A DNA stretch of 64,000 nt. Source: an uncultured Candidatus Saccharibacteria bacterium (GTDB lineage: Bacteria > Patescibacteriota > Doudnabacteria > UBA920). A model generated the notes under the pieces. The model was not told the origin of the DNA. It did no database searches and saw only the letters and a list, made by a program, of their open reading frames with translations. The position numbers and the translations under genes are program-made. Within the stretch, counting starts at the first letter, position 1, and each line of letters begins with the position of its first letter. Shown in pieces: positions 1-9,224 of this stretch. The stretch covers positions 804 through 64,803 of the forward strand of contig CAZFTX010000005.1 of assembly GCA_964521955.1 (NCBI GenBank), written 5' to 3'.

Positions 1-1456
1 AAAAATCATCGGGTTTATTTGCTGAAGTCTTGGCAAAGGCGGGCCAGCCTAAAGTTGAAAAAGTCCAAAGGCCAGAGCTAAACCAAGTATCTAGAGTATC
101 AGGATCTTGCTGCCAATCATTGTCTTTAGGAGTGTCTACTCCGACATATGTTTGACCGTTTTTATACCAAACAGGAATTCTGTGACCGTACCAAATTTGC
201 CTTGAAATACACCAGTCTCTAAGATTGTCTACCCAATGGAAATAGATTTTTTCAAAATGTTGAGGAATAATTTTAATCAAACCTTCCTGGACTGTGTGAC
301 GCATGAGTTGTTTTAAAGTCACCATGTCACCAGGATTAATACCGGGAATTTCCGAGTGTTTCATGGCAAATTCGCGGTTTACGTCTATAAACCACTGTTC
401 TTTTATTTGTGGTTCAATTATTCCGCCGCCGCGTGAGTTTGTGGCGATGCGGTGGGTATAGTTTTCATCAATTTTTTCAATTAAACCTTTGCTTTGAAGT
501 TTTTTTATAATTGCCGCCCGAGCTTTTTTAATGTGCTGGCCGGCGAATTCACCAGCAATAGGTAGGAGCACTCCGCGTTCGTCAATAATTTGTTCTTTGT
601 CTAAGCCGTGTCTTTGGGCAATTTCAAAGTCTATAGCATCATGCCATGGAGTAATGGTCATGGCTCCCGTTCCAAATTCCATGTCCACGCTTTCGTCTTT
701 GATAACTGTGGCAGTAATTTTACCGTTGATCCACTCAACTTCGATTTTTTGATTGTGTTCGTATTGTAAAAAGCGTGGATCTTTAGGATGCATAACTACG
801 TATTTGTCGCCGAACTTAGTTTCAGGGCGAGCCGTGGCAATGGTGAAAGGTCCATACTTTAAATAGTAGAAGGCAGATTTTTCTTCTTTCCATTCAATTT
901 CGTCGTCTGAAACTGTGGTTTTAAGTTTGGGATCCCAATTTACAATTCTAGCTCCGCGGTAAATTATTTTGTCTTCGTACATATGTTGAAAAGCCAAACG
1001 AACTGCCAGGGTTCTTTTTTCGTCCAAAGTATAAGCCTCTCTGCTCCAGTCGGCAGAAGCACCTAAGCGTTTGAGTTGGGTAAGTATTGTGTCATGACTT
1101 TTTTGGGCGAAATCTTCAACCATTTTCAAAAATTCTTCTCGAGAAAAGTCAAAGCGTGTTTTATTTTCTTTTTTGTAAAGTTCTGCTTCTACTTTTGACT
1201 GAGTGGCTATGGCAGCATGGTCAGTACCCGGTAGCCATAAGGCTTTTCGGCCTTGCATTCTGCGCCAACGAATTAAAATATCTTGAATGGTTGTACCTAA
1301 TGCATGGCCAATGTGAAGAGTGCCTGTAACATTTGGCGGCGGCATAATTATTGTGTAGGGCTCGCCATTTAGCTTGTCAGGATTAAAGTAACCTGAATTT
1401 TCCCAGGTTTTGTAAATTTCACTTTCTACTTTTGTGTGATCGTAGGCTTTTTCCAT
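1..1456 (-). CDS. valS: valyl-tRNA synthetase, N-terminal ~485 aa (gene continues beyond window start)
   Basis: Minus-strand frame is open from position 1 to an ATG at 1456. Its translation is MEKAYDHTKVESEIYKTWENSGYF...IIMPPPNVTGTLHIGHALGTTIQDILIRWRRMQG...TWFSSGLW, with the class I HIGH motif in the PPPNVTG context typical of ValRS. It is absent from the ORF track because it runs off the edge. Confidence 0.9.
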   Translation of the reverse strand, partial: MEKAYDHTKVESEIYKTWENSGYFNPDKLNGEPYTIIMPPPNVTGTLHIGHALGTTIQDILIRWRRMQGRKALWLPGTDHAAIATQSKVEAELYKKENKTRFDFSREEFLKMVEDFAQKSHDTILTQLKRLGASADWSREAYTLDEKRTLAVRLAFQHMYEDKIIYRGARIVNWDPKLKTTVSDDEIEWKEEKSAFYYLKYGPFTIATARPETKFGDKYVVMHPKDPRFLQYEHNQKIEVEWINGKITATVIKDESVDMEFGTGAMTITPWHDAIDFEIAQRHGLDKEQIIDERGVLLPIAGEFAGQHIKKARAAIIKKLQSKGLIEKIDENYTHRIATNSRGGGIIEPQIKEQWFIDVNREFAMKHSEIPGINPGDMVTLKQLMRHTVQEGLIKIIPQHFEKIYFHWVDNLRDWCISRQIWYGHRIPVWYKNGQTYVGVDTPKDNDWQQDPDTLDTWFSSGLWTFSTLGWPAFAKTSANKPDDF

Positions 1457-1741
1457 ATCGCTAATCTTCTTGCGGATCGCTACGCAAATATTCGCGCTGA
1501 TCTGCAATTTAAAAATAAAAAGAACACAAAATGTGTTCTCACAATTCCCCCTAAAGGGGAAGGTACCATCGTGAAAGTTGCTTAGTTCACTGCTTTAACG
1601 GGCAGTCTCCGGCTAGGTCTACATCGTGAATGTCACGGGTTCTTCTAGCATCTCTACCGTTTGCCAGTTGGCCGAGGTGAGCCGGGTGACGCCCGGCATT
1701 AGATTTGTAAATATTATAACTTGATAGTGAACAAGTGACAA
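1457..1741 (-). promoter_or_regulatory. valS leader: sigma70-like promoter (TTGTCA-17-TATAAT at 1741..1713 on minus) plus ~245 nt structured leader, candidate T-box-like attenuator
   Basis: Read on the minus strand, the leader has -35 TTGTCA and -10 TATAAT with exact 17 nt spacing. It contains AGAGA (in GGUAGAGAUG), an F-box-like CCGUUA, a GUC-A in a GC hairpin loop and a GAUGGUACC (UGGU) element. It ends in a hairpin plus U-run about 60 nt before the valS ATG. Confidence 0.35.
1508..1541 (-). terminator. intrinsic terminator/attenuator hairpin inside valS leader
   Basis: Minus-strand reading is GAGAACACAUUUUGUGUUCU followed by UUUUAUUUUU, a 7 bp stem plus U-run. Confidence 0.5.
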
Positions 1742-1751
1742 GTCTGTAGTT

Positions 1752-2813
1752 TTAAAGCTCTAAATTAGAGTCGGCTTTGACTTGTTTAAAGTTTTTTGGT
1801 TTAAAACCGTTGTGGAGCATAAAGCTGGCAGCTAGGCCAATCATTTCCGCGTTGTCACCACTTAAGCTTAAAGGAGAGGGGAGGAACTTAACTTTTGACA
1901 ATTGACAATTAACTTTTAACATTTCACGCAGTGAGCGGTTTGCGGACACGCCTCCAGATAGACTTACAGACTTGGCTTTGTATTCTTTTACGGCACGCAT
2001 TGTTTTTTGCACTAATACATCCACAACTGCCGCTTGAAAACTGGCACAGACATCAGCTTTTAGTTTGTAGCTTTTAGCTGTTAGGGGATTATCGCGTAAA
2101 TAATATAAGACAGCAGTTTTAAGACCAGAAAAAGAGAAGTTATAGTTTTTGTGAGTTAGCATGGGTCTGGGAAAAGCAATTGCGTTTGGGTTGCCTTGTT
2201 CTGCCAATTTAGAAACCTCCGGACCGCCCGGGTAAGGTAGTTTTAAAAGTTTGGCTACCTTGTCAAAAGCTTCGCCTGCGGCATCGTCTACTGTTTGTCC
2301 TATTACTTTATATTTTTTTTTATTTTCCATTACAACAATCATAGTATGTCCACCGGAAACTATTAGAGCAATATTTGGAAAAACCTTTTCGCTAATCGGC
2401 TGATCAGCTGATTGGCTGAAAGCAGAGTAAAGGTGTCCGGCCATGTGGTTAACGGGAATGAGTGGTTTGTTTAAAGCCAAAGCAAGCCCTTTGGCAAACT
2501 CCACTCCGACTAAAAGTGAAGGCATGAGTCCCGGGCCGGCAGTGACAGCAATATAGCTTATAGCTTCTAGCTTATAGCTTGAATCTTTGAGGGCTTTTTC
2601 TACGACCGGACGAATGTTTTTTATGTGAGCCCTGGCAGCGGTTTCAGGCACTACGCCACCCATTTTGGAATGTAAAGCAATTTGAGATTTAACCACTGAA
2701 GACAGAGTAGTTATTTGTGGCCATTTTTCCCGGCTAAGATTAACGCTTAAAACCGCAGCCGCGGTTTCATCACACGAGGTTTCAATAGCTAGGATGTTAA
2801 TGCCTTTGTTCAT
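1752..2813 (-). CDS. tsaD: tRNA N6-adenosine threonylcarbamoyltransferase TsaD (Kae1/Gcp family)
   Basis: 353 aa; N-terminus MNKGINILAIETSCDETAAAV, internal HMAGH and GVSANR motifs typical of TsaD. Confidence 0.9.
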   Translation of the reverse strand: MNKGINILAIETSCDETAAAVLSVNLSREKWPQITTLSSVVKSQIALHSKMGGVVPETAARAHIKNIRPVVEKALKDSSYKLEAISYIAVTAGPGLMPSLLVGVEFAKGLALALNKPLIPVNHMAGHLYSAFSQSADQPISEKVFPNIALIVSGGHTMIVVMENKKKYKVIGQTVDDAAGEAFDKVAKLLKLPYPGGPEVSKLAEQGNPNAIAFPRPMLTHKNYNFSFSGLKTAVLYYLRDNPLTAKSYKLKADVCASFQAAVVDVLVQKTMRAVKEYKAKSVSLSGGVSANRSLREMLKVNCQLSKVKFLPSPLSLSGDNAEMIGLAASFMLHNGFKPKNFKQVKADSNLEL

Positions 2814-2850
2814 TTAACCACTATAGCAAATACTGCTTGTTGCTGAAAGT

Positions 2851-3783
2851 ATGTGTTATAATTTGAAAATGCAAACAGAACTTTTAATTCTTTTTGGGAT
2901 AGTTGTGGTGGGGTTTTTAATAGCAGATTTAGGGTTTTTTAATCGTAAGGCTCATAAGATTGGGTTTAAGTCAGCTTTTTTGCAATCCGCTTTTTGGGTT
3001 GCTGTCTCTTTGGTTTTTGGCGGACTTGTTTATTTTTACATGGGCAAAGTTCCTGCTACGGAGTTTTTAAGCGCATACATTACGGAAAAAATGCTCTCAG
3101 TAGATAATTTGTTTGTTATTTTACTTTTGTTTAGTTTTTTTAAGTTGGATGAAAAATATCATCATAGGGTACTTTTTTGGGGAATTTTGGGGGCGATAGT
3201 TTTTAGGGCTTTGTTTATTGTTGCGGGAGGGTTAATTATTGGTCAGTTTCACTGGGTGCTGTATATTTTTGGTGCGGTATTAGTTTATACTGGGATTCGC
3301 TTGTTTACTGACAAAAAAGAAGAGCATATAAATTTTCATGACAACAGAGTATTTAAGTTGGCTGCCAAGTATTTACCTTTTACCACCAAAGAGCATAATG
3401 GCCATTTTTGGCTAAAGGAAAATGGCAAGCTGTATTTTACAATTTTGTTCATGATATTAATTTTGGTGGAAACTACCGATATTGTTTTCGCAGTAGATTC
3501 CATACCTGCAGCATTTGCTATTTCTCAAAATCCTTATATAGTGTTTACTTCAAATATTTTTGCTGTGATGGGTTTAAGAGCGCTTTTCTTTTTAATTGAA
3601 AATGTTTTGCATAGGTTTCACCATTTACAAAAAGGGCTTTCATTTATACTTTTGTTTATTGGGGCAAAAATGCTTTTGGGAATTTTTGGCGTTCATGTTG
3701 AATCTTTTTGGAGTTTTGCAATAATAATGTTGGCTTTGGTTTTATCTTTAATTTTATCAGTAATATTTCCTAAGAAAATATAA
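2851..3783 (+). CDS. TerC family integral membrane protein
   Basis: 310 aa polytopic membrane protein with SVDNLFV and ETTDIVFAVDSIPA motifs characteristic of TerC. Confidence 0.7.
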   Translation: MCYNLKMQTELLILFGIVVVGFLIADLGFFNRKAHKIGFKSAFLQSAFWVAVSLVFGGLVYFYMGKVPATEFLSAYITEKMLSVDNLFVILLLFSFFKLDEKYHHRVLFWGILGAIVFRALFIVAGGLIIGQFHWVLYIFGAVLVYTGIRLFTDKKEEHINFHDNRVFKLAAKYLPFTTKEHNGHFWLKENGKLYFTILFMILILVETTDIVFAVDSIPAAFAISQNPYIVFTSNIFAVMGLRALFFLIENVLHRFHHLQKGLSFILLFIGAKMLLGIFGVHVESFWSFAIIMLALVLSLILSVIFPKKI

Positions 3784-3784
3784 A

Positions 3785-4741
3785 ATGACTTACGTATTAT
3801 TTATAATTGGATTTGTTTTTCTAATTAAAGGCGCAGGTTTTTTAGTCGACGGAGCTTCTTCTTTGGCAAAAAAACTTCGGGTGTCAAATCTGGTAATTGG
3901 CTTAACTATTGTGGCTTTTGGTACTAGCGCACCGGAATTGTTTGTAAACTTGTATGCTTCTTTTAAAGGCGCAACAGATATTGCTATTGGTAACATAGTA
4001 GGAAGTAATATTGTAAATATTTTGTTTATTCTTGGAATTTCTGCAATTATTTTCCCTTTAAAAGTTAGTTCCAGTACTGTATGGAAGGAAATTCCTTTAA
4101 GTTTGCTGGCTGCGGTATTGGTTTTGGTTATGGCTAACGACAAACTGGTGGACGGATTAGGCTTTAACTCTTTGACAAGAAGTGACGGATTAGCATTAAT
4201 TGCATTTTTTATTATTTTTCTTTATTACACTTTTGGCATAGCCAAGATTGAAAATGGTGAACAGGAAACAGACACAGTGAAACTGTATTCAACTTGGAAG
4301 TCTGTGGGTTTGATAGTTTTGGGTTTAGCCGGGTTAGTGTTAGGCGGGCAGTGGATTGTATCTGGAGCTGTGGAAATTGCAAATTATTTCGGTATGAGTG
4401 ACGCACTTATTGGGCTTACTATAGTGGCTGTTGGTACTTCTTTGCCGGAGTTGGCAACTTCTGCGGTTGCCGCGTATAAGAAAAATTCTGATATAGCGGT
4501 AGGGAATATAGTGGGTTCAAATATATTTAATATTTTTTGGATATTGGGTGTAAGCGGGATTATTGCCCCTTTGGCTTTTAAGCCGGAATTGAATTTTGAT
4601 TTATTGGTTTTAGTAGGAACCAGTGTTTTACTTTTCGTTTGGATGTTTTTGGGTAAAAAACATACATTAGAAAAGTGGCAGGGTGCAGTTTTTGTTTTAC
4701 TTTATATTGCTTATATAGCGGCTATTGTTTCCAGAGGGTAG
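3785..4741 (+). CDS. Na+/Ca2+ exchanger (CaCA/YrbG) family membrane protein
   Basis: 318 aa; duplicated alpha-repeat motifs GTSAPELFV and GTSLPELATS. The start overlaps the TerC stop (TAAAATG). Confidence 0.8.
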   Translation: MTYVLFIIGFVFLIKGAGFLVDGASSLAKKLRVSNLVIGLTIVAFGTSAPELFVNLYASFKGATDIAIGNIVGSNIVNILFILGISAIIFPLKVSSSTVWKEIPLSLLAAVLVLVMANDKLVDGLGFNSLTRSDGLALIAFFIIFLYYTFGIAKIENGEQETDTVKLYSTWKSVGLIVLGLAGLVLGGQWIVSGAVEIANYFGMSDALIGLTIVAVGTSLPELATSAVAAYKKNSDIAVGNIVGSNIFNIFWILGVSGIIAPLAFKPELNFDLLVLVGTSVLLFVWMFLGKKHTLEKWQGAVFVLLYIAYIAAIVSRG

Positions 4742-4763
4742 GGTTAAAATTAAAAATTATAAA

Positions 4764-4797
4764 TAAAAAATATCCCAAATATTTGGGATATTTTTTA
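4764..4797. terminator. bidirectional intrinsic terminator
   Basis: AAAAAAUAUCCCAAAUAUUUGGGAUAUUUUUU palindrome flanked by A and T runs, between convergent genes. Confidence 0.6.
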
Positions 4798-4827
4798 TAG
4801 GACCTTAAGTTTATTGAATAAGCAAAT

Positions 4828-5529
4828 TTATTTAACCAAAACCCCAACAACCAACCCAACTATTAGCGCAATGCCGCCTACTACTAACATTTTTACACCG
4901 GACTTTATTATCGGTTGTTTAGTAAATTTAGTGGCAAACGCTCCAATACCAAATAGGCCAATTAATGTAAGAACAATAGAAGTTGGGATAGCGTTATTAA
5001 TTGGTAAAAATAAATAAGAAACTAGAGGTAATAAACCTCCTACAATATAGGAGCCAAACATATACAGGCCGCCTTTTATAGATACTGAATTATTTGAGGG
5101 GAAAATTTTAAGTTCCCTTAAAGCCATTTCTTTAAGCATGAGATTTGGATTTTGGGAAACCGTCTCTGACATTTCTTGCGCCAGTTTTGTTGGCCAGCCG
5201 TCTTCAACATACATTTGTCTTAACTCCTCTTTTTCTTCCAAAGGATAGTTGCTAATTTCGCTTTTTTCTTCAGCTAATTTTCTGTCCAGAACTTCTTCCT
5301 CAGATCGATTGGAAAGGTAAGAGCCAATACCCATGGAAATGGACTCAACGGCGATAATTACCAGCCCGGCTAAAACGACGGTAGAATGGTTGCCACTACC
5401 TACGGCGATTCCTGTTACAGAACCTAAAGTTGAAACCATGCCATCTTCCATACCAAAAACCACTTCTCGTATTACTCCTTCAAGTGAGGAAGTTGTGTGT
5501 TGAATTTTGTATCCTTTTTGTTGTTCCAT
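4828..5529 (-). CDS. VIT1/CCC1 family membrane protein (iron/manganese transporter-like)
   Basis: 233 aa; N-terminus VVFGMEDGMVSTLGSVTGIAVG followed by several TM helices, typical of the VIT family. Confidence 0.65.
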   Translation of the reverse strand: MEQQKGYKIQHTTSSLEGVIREVVFGMEDGMVSTLGSVTGIAVGSGNHSTVVLAGLVIIAVESISMGIGSYLSNRSEEEVLDRKLAEEKSEISNYPLEEKEELRQMYVEDGWPTKLAQEMSETVSQNPNLMLKEMALRELKIFPSNNSVSIKGGLYMFGSYIVGGLLPLVSYLFLPINNAIPTSIVLTLIGLFGIGAFATKFTKQPIIKSGVKMLVVGGIALIVGLVVGVLVK

Positions 5530-5651
5530 AAAAATAATTATATACCTAATACGTAAAAATTCCTATTTTTTAAATATCATAAAATTACCTTTTTGCTAAT
5601 TGTATCAAGGTTAAAAGAAGTCTGTGAAAATTAATTGCCCAAAACCGCTGG

Positions 5652-6179
5652 TTACGGTTTTGGGCTTTTGCTTGGTGTTGACGGCAACAATTCCACAACT
5701 GGACCGTTCGCCTCAATTCTGTTGCAAAGGTCGTCGAGTTTGCTTGCCGTGTGGACAGTTGCTGGTCGGAGCATGGGTCCGAGGCTGGACCCGGTGTAGG
5801 AGCGTTCGCAGGGTTGGGGGACTCCATTCATGGCACACTCCACTTGCCAGAGGGTTCTGCGAAGCTCCTCGCTGAGCGGTTGTTTAGGTGTAGAGGCTGG
5901 TTCAGTGGGTGAAACTAGAACTTTAAGCCATTCTGACGCTTCTTCGGCGTTTGGGACTGACTGCACAGAGCTTTTCTTAAATATGCTTCTTAGTTTGCGG
6001 CACAAACCGTTGTGTTTGGAATGAACCAACACGAACGGCGCCGCCTCTAGTGCTGTAACTGTGTTAGCAGAAACACTGAGTATTTCCGGGTGCCCTAGGT
6101 AAGCTCTCAGGGATTTGCACTGGAAGCTAAAACCAACAACAATTACGGTAGGTCCTTGGTTCATGAATCCTCTTTTCAA
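5652..6179 (-). CDS. hypothetical protein in GC-rich module
   Basis: 175 aa ORF in a ~600 bp block of roughly 55% GC within AT-rich surroundings. A TATAAT and AAGAGGA lie upstream, and a hairpin terminator overlaps the stop (5638..5668). No recognisable domain. Confidence 0.45.
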   Translation of the reverse strand: MKRGFMNQGPTVIVVGFSFQCKSLRAYLGHPEILSVSANTVTALEAAPFVLVHSKHNGLCRKLRSIFKKSSVQSVPNAEEASEWLKVLVSPTEPASTPKQPLSEELRRTLWQVECAMNGVPQPCERSYTGSSLGPMLRPATVHTASKLDDLCNRIEANGPVVELLPSTPSKSPKP

Positions 6180-6260
6180 AAAGGATTATAGCATATACAA
6201 AATAACTTTACTTAGGGTTTAGGAACAGGCTTATTTTTTGGCGTTGGTAGGGAAAAAGGG

Positions 6261-6289
6261 TTGATTTTTCTGCTGTATTATGTTAGAAT
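6261..6289 (+). promoter_or_regulatory. sigma70-like promoter upstream of tRNA-Glu (TTGATT-17-TAGAAT)
   Basis: Hexamers with 17 nt spacing, ~145 nt upstream of the tRNA. Confidence 0.4.
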
Positions 6290-6434
6290 TTACAAAGTTT
6301 TGAGTTATAAAAAAGACTCCCAAAAATTAGGAGCGTAGTCCCAGGCTAAGTTGGAACGAGCACGGATTTTTGGGAAAAAGGAATACTTTATGCAGACTAA
6401 AAAGAATGGCTTTAATTCTTGAAAGTTGAAATGA

Positions 6435-6509
6435 AGTATGACGCGGCGCTATCGTCTAATGGTTAGGACAAGTGGTTTTCATCCACTAAATCGGGGTTCG
6501 ATTCCCCGT
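6435..6509 (+). tRNA. tRNA-Glu (anticodon UUC), CCA encoded
   Basis: Cloverleaf by hand: acceptor GGCGCUA/UAGCGCU, anticodon stem AGUGG/CCACU with loop UUUUCAU (anticodon UUC), T-arm CGGGG-UUCGAUU-CCCCG, discriminator A and CCA. Confidence 0.85.
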
Positions 6510-6653
6510 AGCGCTACCAACAAAAGTTCCCGACCTTACGTCGGGACTTTTTGTTGGTATGCCGTGAGGTGGAATTCCCCGCCGAAGCGAAGCGTAGGTC
6601 CCGACTTTACGTCGGGGTAGCGCTACCAACAAAAGTTCCCGACCTTGTGTCGG
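6498..6653 (+). repeat. ~47 bp direct repeat of tRNA-Glu 3' end plus terminator hairpin (copies 6498..6545 and 6607..6653), att-site-like
   Basis: GTAGCGCTACCAACAAAAGTTCCCGACCTTACGTCGGGACTTTTTG is repeated with 2 substitutions (TAC to TGT in the loop). A third related hairpin (GGTCCCGACTTTACGTCGGGG) lies between the copies. Confidence 0.7.
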
Positions 6654-6755
6654 GACTTTTTGTATGATTATAATAAAGGTACCTGACACCTTTTCTTTTC
6701 CATTATTATAATAGCGGTCAATTTATTAAAGTGAACATTTAACAACTACGGTTTA

Positions 6756-6980
6756 CTACTCTTGAGAGTTGCCTTGCAGTTCAAACAGCTTGTCGTAATA
6801 GGCCTTGTAATAGGCGCTGTAGTAGGCTCGGTAGTATTCGCTACCATAGCCGCCAACCTCGTTTGCCGCCGCCTCTGCCTGTGCTTCTGCATAAGCGGTA
6901 GCTTGTTGCTCCAACTCCTGTTGGTCTCTGCTCACTTGCTTCCTCCTGTCAGGATTCACCTGAACAAGAAATACTACCAT
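6756..6980 (-). CDS. small Tyr/Ala-rich hypothetical protein
   Basis: 74 aa with the repeat YYRAYYSAYYKAYY; GGAG lies ~10 nt upstream. The region is GC-rich. Weak call. Confidence 0.3.
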   Translation of the reverse strand: MVVFLVQVNPDRRKQVSRDQQELEQQATAYAEAQAEAAANEVGGYGSEYYRAYYSAYYKAYYDKLFELQGNSQE

Positions 6981-7190
6981 AAAAACCCACTCCGGTCAAT
7001 ACTCGGCTGGTTAACCAAAGGTAAAATTGGAAAACTAATCCGGCTGTAATAAAAGAGTTTTCCAAAAGCCACTTGCTCAAGCAAAGGGAACTGGAAAACT
7101 TTTTTGTTTTATTTAATTGAAGTTTTAGGTATAATTATGCCATATCCATAGGAACACCCTATAACTAATCAAAATTCAGTAATAAAATCC

Positions 7191-8291
7191 ATGAAACCAG
7201 AACAACCACATGATTCCTCGGAGGTGTCTCCGGAATTAGAAGCCGCTATAACTCAAGATATTAATCTTTATATAGAACAAATTAGTCACCATGGTAGCGG
7301 TAGGCCGAATTTTAAATTCGTTAAACGTGGTGACAAAAGAGTGGTGGACTACTGGATTGAAAGAATTTCACAAAGGATCGAAAATTATAATTTTTCAACC
7401 ACATCTCTGATTTTTGATTACTTAAGCGATTTAAGTGACGACCAGCAGAGAGCAGGTGGTTACAATGGATTAATGGGTCCAGAGGGTGATGTACAGGAAT
7501 TAAGATTTAAGCTTTTACAAAAATTACAATCATTTAAAAGTCCTTCTCTGCAGGCTACCGATGAAGAGGGTGCCGTTGACCCGCAAGCTTATATTTCAAA
7601 ATTTGAGAGACTTTTTACCAGAGGGGTGGGAATGGCCAAAAGCGAGGTATTTCGCAAATCGAACCGGGACAATGGATACACCGAACCATCACGCAACCCT
7701 TATTTGAGCCTTTCACCGGACACAAGACATGAACTAATGCAAAAATTCATAGAGAAAACTTTAAAAGAGATTGAGAGCATAAGACAGGGGCAGACTTCAG
7801 AGTCACAAGCGGTAAATTGGCTGCAGGAAATTGCAAATGCTGAACCTGACATAGAATGGGCCACTTATATTCCAGAAAAATCTTACGGAGTGGTGATATC
7901 CCTACCTCACGAATGTACTATTTCGGGAACGTTGAATATCCAAGACGACGGCAGCAGAACGATGAAGATTGACATATTTCAGGTAAATGAAAAATTAAGG
8001 AGCAAAGGCGCGGGAACAGGAAGTGGTATTGGCACACGTTTATTAGAGGCTTTAGTACGAGAATCAAAAAAATATGAAGTCTCAACACTTTTTGGACATA
8101 TAACCAGTAAGTCAGCACTGGCAACAAGAGCAAAAGTTTGTGGTAAAAAAAATTTGGAGTTTTATAATCATCATACTGGCGAAAAACTAAACAAAGCTTA
8201 CGACGAGATCATGTCAGAAAAAAGTAACACCGAAGAAGAAAATTTAGATTACGATGTGGCCGTAGATTTAACTAAAGTTAAACTGGAATAA
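7191..8291 (+). CDS. hypothetical protein with C-terminal GNAT-like acetyltransferase fold
   Basis: 366 aa; C-terminal RSKGAGTGSGIGTRLLEAL resembles GNAT motif A (R/Q-x-x-G-x-G/A). Confidence 0.5.
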   Translation: MKPEQPHDSSEVSPELEAAITQDINLYIEQISHHGSGRPNFKFVKRGDKRVVDYWIERISQRIENYNFSTTSLIFDYLSDLSDDQQRAGGYNGLMGPEGDVQELRFKLLQKLQSFKSPSLQATDEEGAVDPQAYISKFERLFTRGVGMAKSEVFRKSNRDNGYTEPSRNPYLSLSPDTRHELMQKFIEKTLKEIESIRQGQTSESQAVNWLQEIANAEPDIEWATYIPEKSYGVVISLPHECTISGTLNIQDDGSRTMKIDIFQVNEKLRSKGAGTGSGIGTRLLEALVRESKKYEVSTLFGHITSKSALATRAKVCGKKNLEFYNHHTGEKLNKAYDEIMSEKSNTEEENLDYDVAVDLTKVKLE

Positions 8292-8435
8292 ATCTCTCTA
8301 ACCAAAGCCAAATAAGTTTTCCCATATACCATGTAGAGTATATGACACCGCACCCATACATAGCGGGTCTACCATTAGTTTGCAATATCGAGGGATCCTG
8401 ATGGATCTGAGTATAAGATAGCGCCAACTGATTAA

Positions 8436-8462
8436 ATTGCGACCTGCAAGGGTCGTGTTTTT
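8436..8462 (+). terminator. intrinsic terminator
   Basis: GCGACCUGCAAGGGUCG followed by UGUUUUUG. Confidence 0.5.
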
Positions 8463-8498
8463 GTTTAATTTACAAAACACCCGACCACCCCCTAAATT

Positions 8499-8891
8499 TC
8501 AAGGGGTAGTCGGGCCAGAAAAGATGCGTCTGGTAACGAAGTAGCTGGCGACCGTCAATACGACGGTTACGATCACTTGCGCGCCGAGGTACCAAATATG
8601 GACATACTCCACCAGAGCATACAACAGTAGCAGGTTTGATACAAACAAGACAGCCGCCATGACCGCATAGCTTACTGCTTGCCAACGGATATCTCTTGCG
8701 TCCTTGTTTTGGAATGTCCAATACTTCTGCAGTACGAAGTTGGAGGCCCAGTTGACTAACGATGCGATTATGGCCGAGGCGATATACCACATCCCGAAAA
8801 GATCGGTAAAGGTATAAAGTATCAGATAGTAAAGGGAGACACCCAGCCCCCCGGCACTCAAAAATCGGATAATGCGCAGAGCTTGAAACAC
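8499..8891 (-). CDS. GtrA-family membrane protein (polysaccharide synthesis/translocation accessory)
   Basis: 130 aa with 4 predicted TM helices and GtrA-like layout. It has a GTG start with AGGAGG 8 nt upstream and a TTGAAA-17-TATTAT promoter on the minus strand. The GC-rich module also has a hairpin terminator at 8463..8515. Confidence 0.6.
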   Translation of the reverse strand: MFQALRIIRFLSAGGLGVSLYYLILYTFTDLFGMWYIASAIIASLVNWASNFVLQKYWTFQNKDARDIRWQAVSYAVMAAVLFVSNLLLLYALVEYVHIWYLGAQVIVTVVLTVASYFVTRRIFSGPTTP

Positions 8892-9224
8892 TTGTTTTCC
8901 TCCTGTCTGCTCGCACTATAATAACAGTAACTAAGCCTTGTTTCAAGCAATTGCACTTGTCCAACTCGCAACTTGATGCGTTAACTGTCCTCTGGAAAGA
9001 TGCCCTAAAATCGCTTGAAAGACCCTCTGGTACCAAGTCCCAGACGCCAGTGCGCTACCACTAACAACCTCATTCCCCCGAATGGGGTTTTTAGTTTGCT
9101 TCTATTGATGCGGATTTAGTTTTCCAAAATTTTGGTCTGATGGTAGTAATTTTCAATTTGCCTTATAATTAAGGTAAATTAGTTTTCATTATCTAGAGAT
9201 TACTCAATTAATAATTCCAAATTT

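Noticed and set aside
531-1329. Plus-strand ORFs 531..752 and 1087..1329
   Set aside because: They lie antisense inside the clearly recognisable valS reading frame on the minus strand. They are shadow ORFs.
3408-4406. ORFs 3408..3599(+), 3790..4143(-), 4212..4406(-)
   Set aside because: They are embedded in or antisense to the TerC and CaCA genes. No start context or domain is present.
5585-6024. Alternative ORFs 5585..5827(-), 5624..5875(+), 5830..6024(+) in the GC-rich block
   Set aside because: High GC generates long open frames on all strands. Only the 175 aa minus-strand ORF has a promoter/RBS-like upstream region and a terminator.
8470-9036. 188 aa minus-strand ORF overlapping the GtrA-like gene in another frame
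   Set aside because: The GtrA-like frame has AGGAGG-GTG start context and a coherent 4-TM product. The overlapping frame is Arg/Cys-rich nonsense typical of GC-rich shadow frames.
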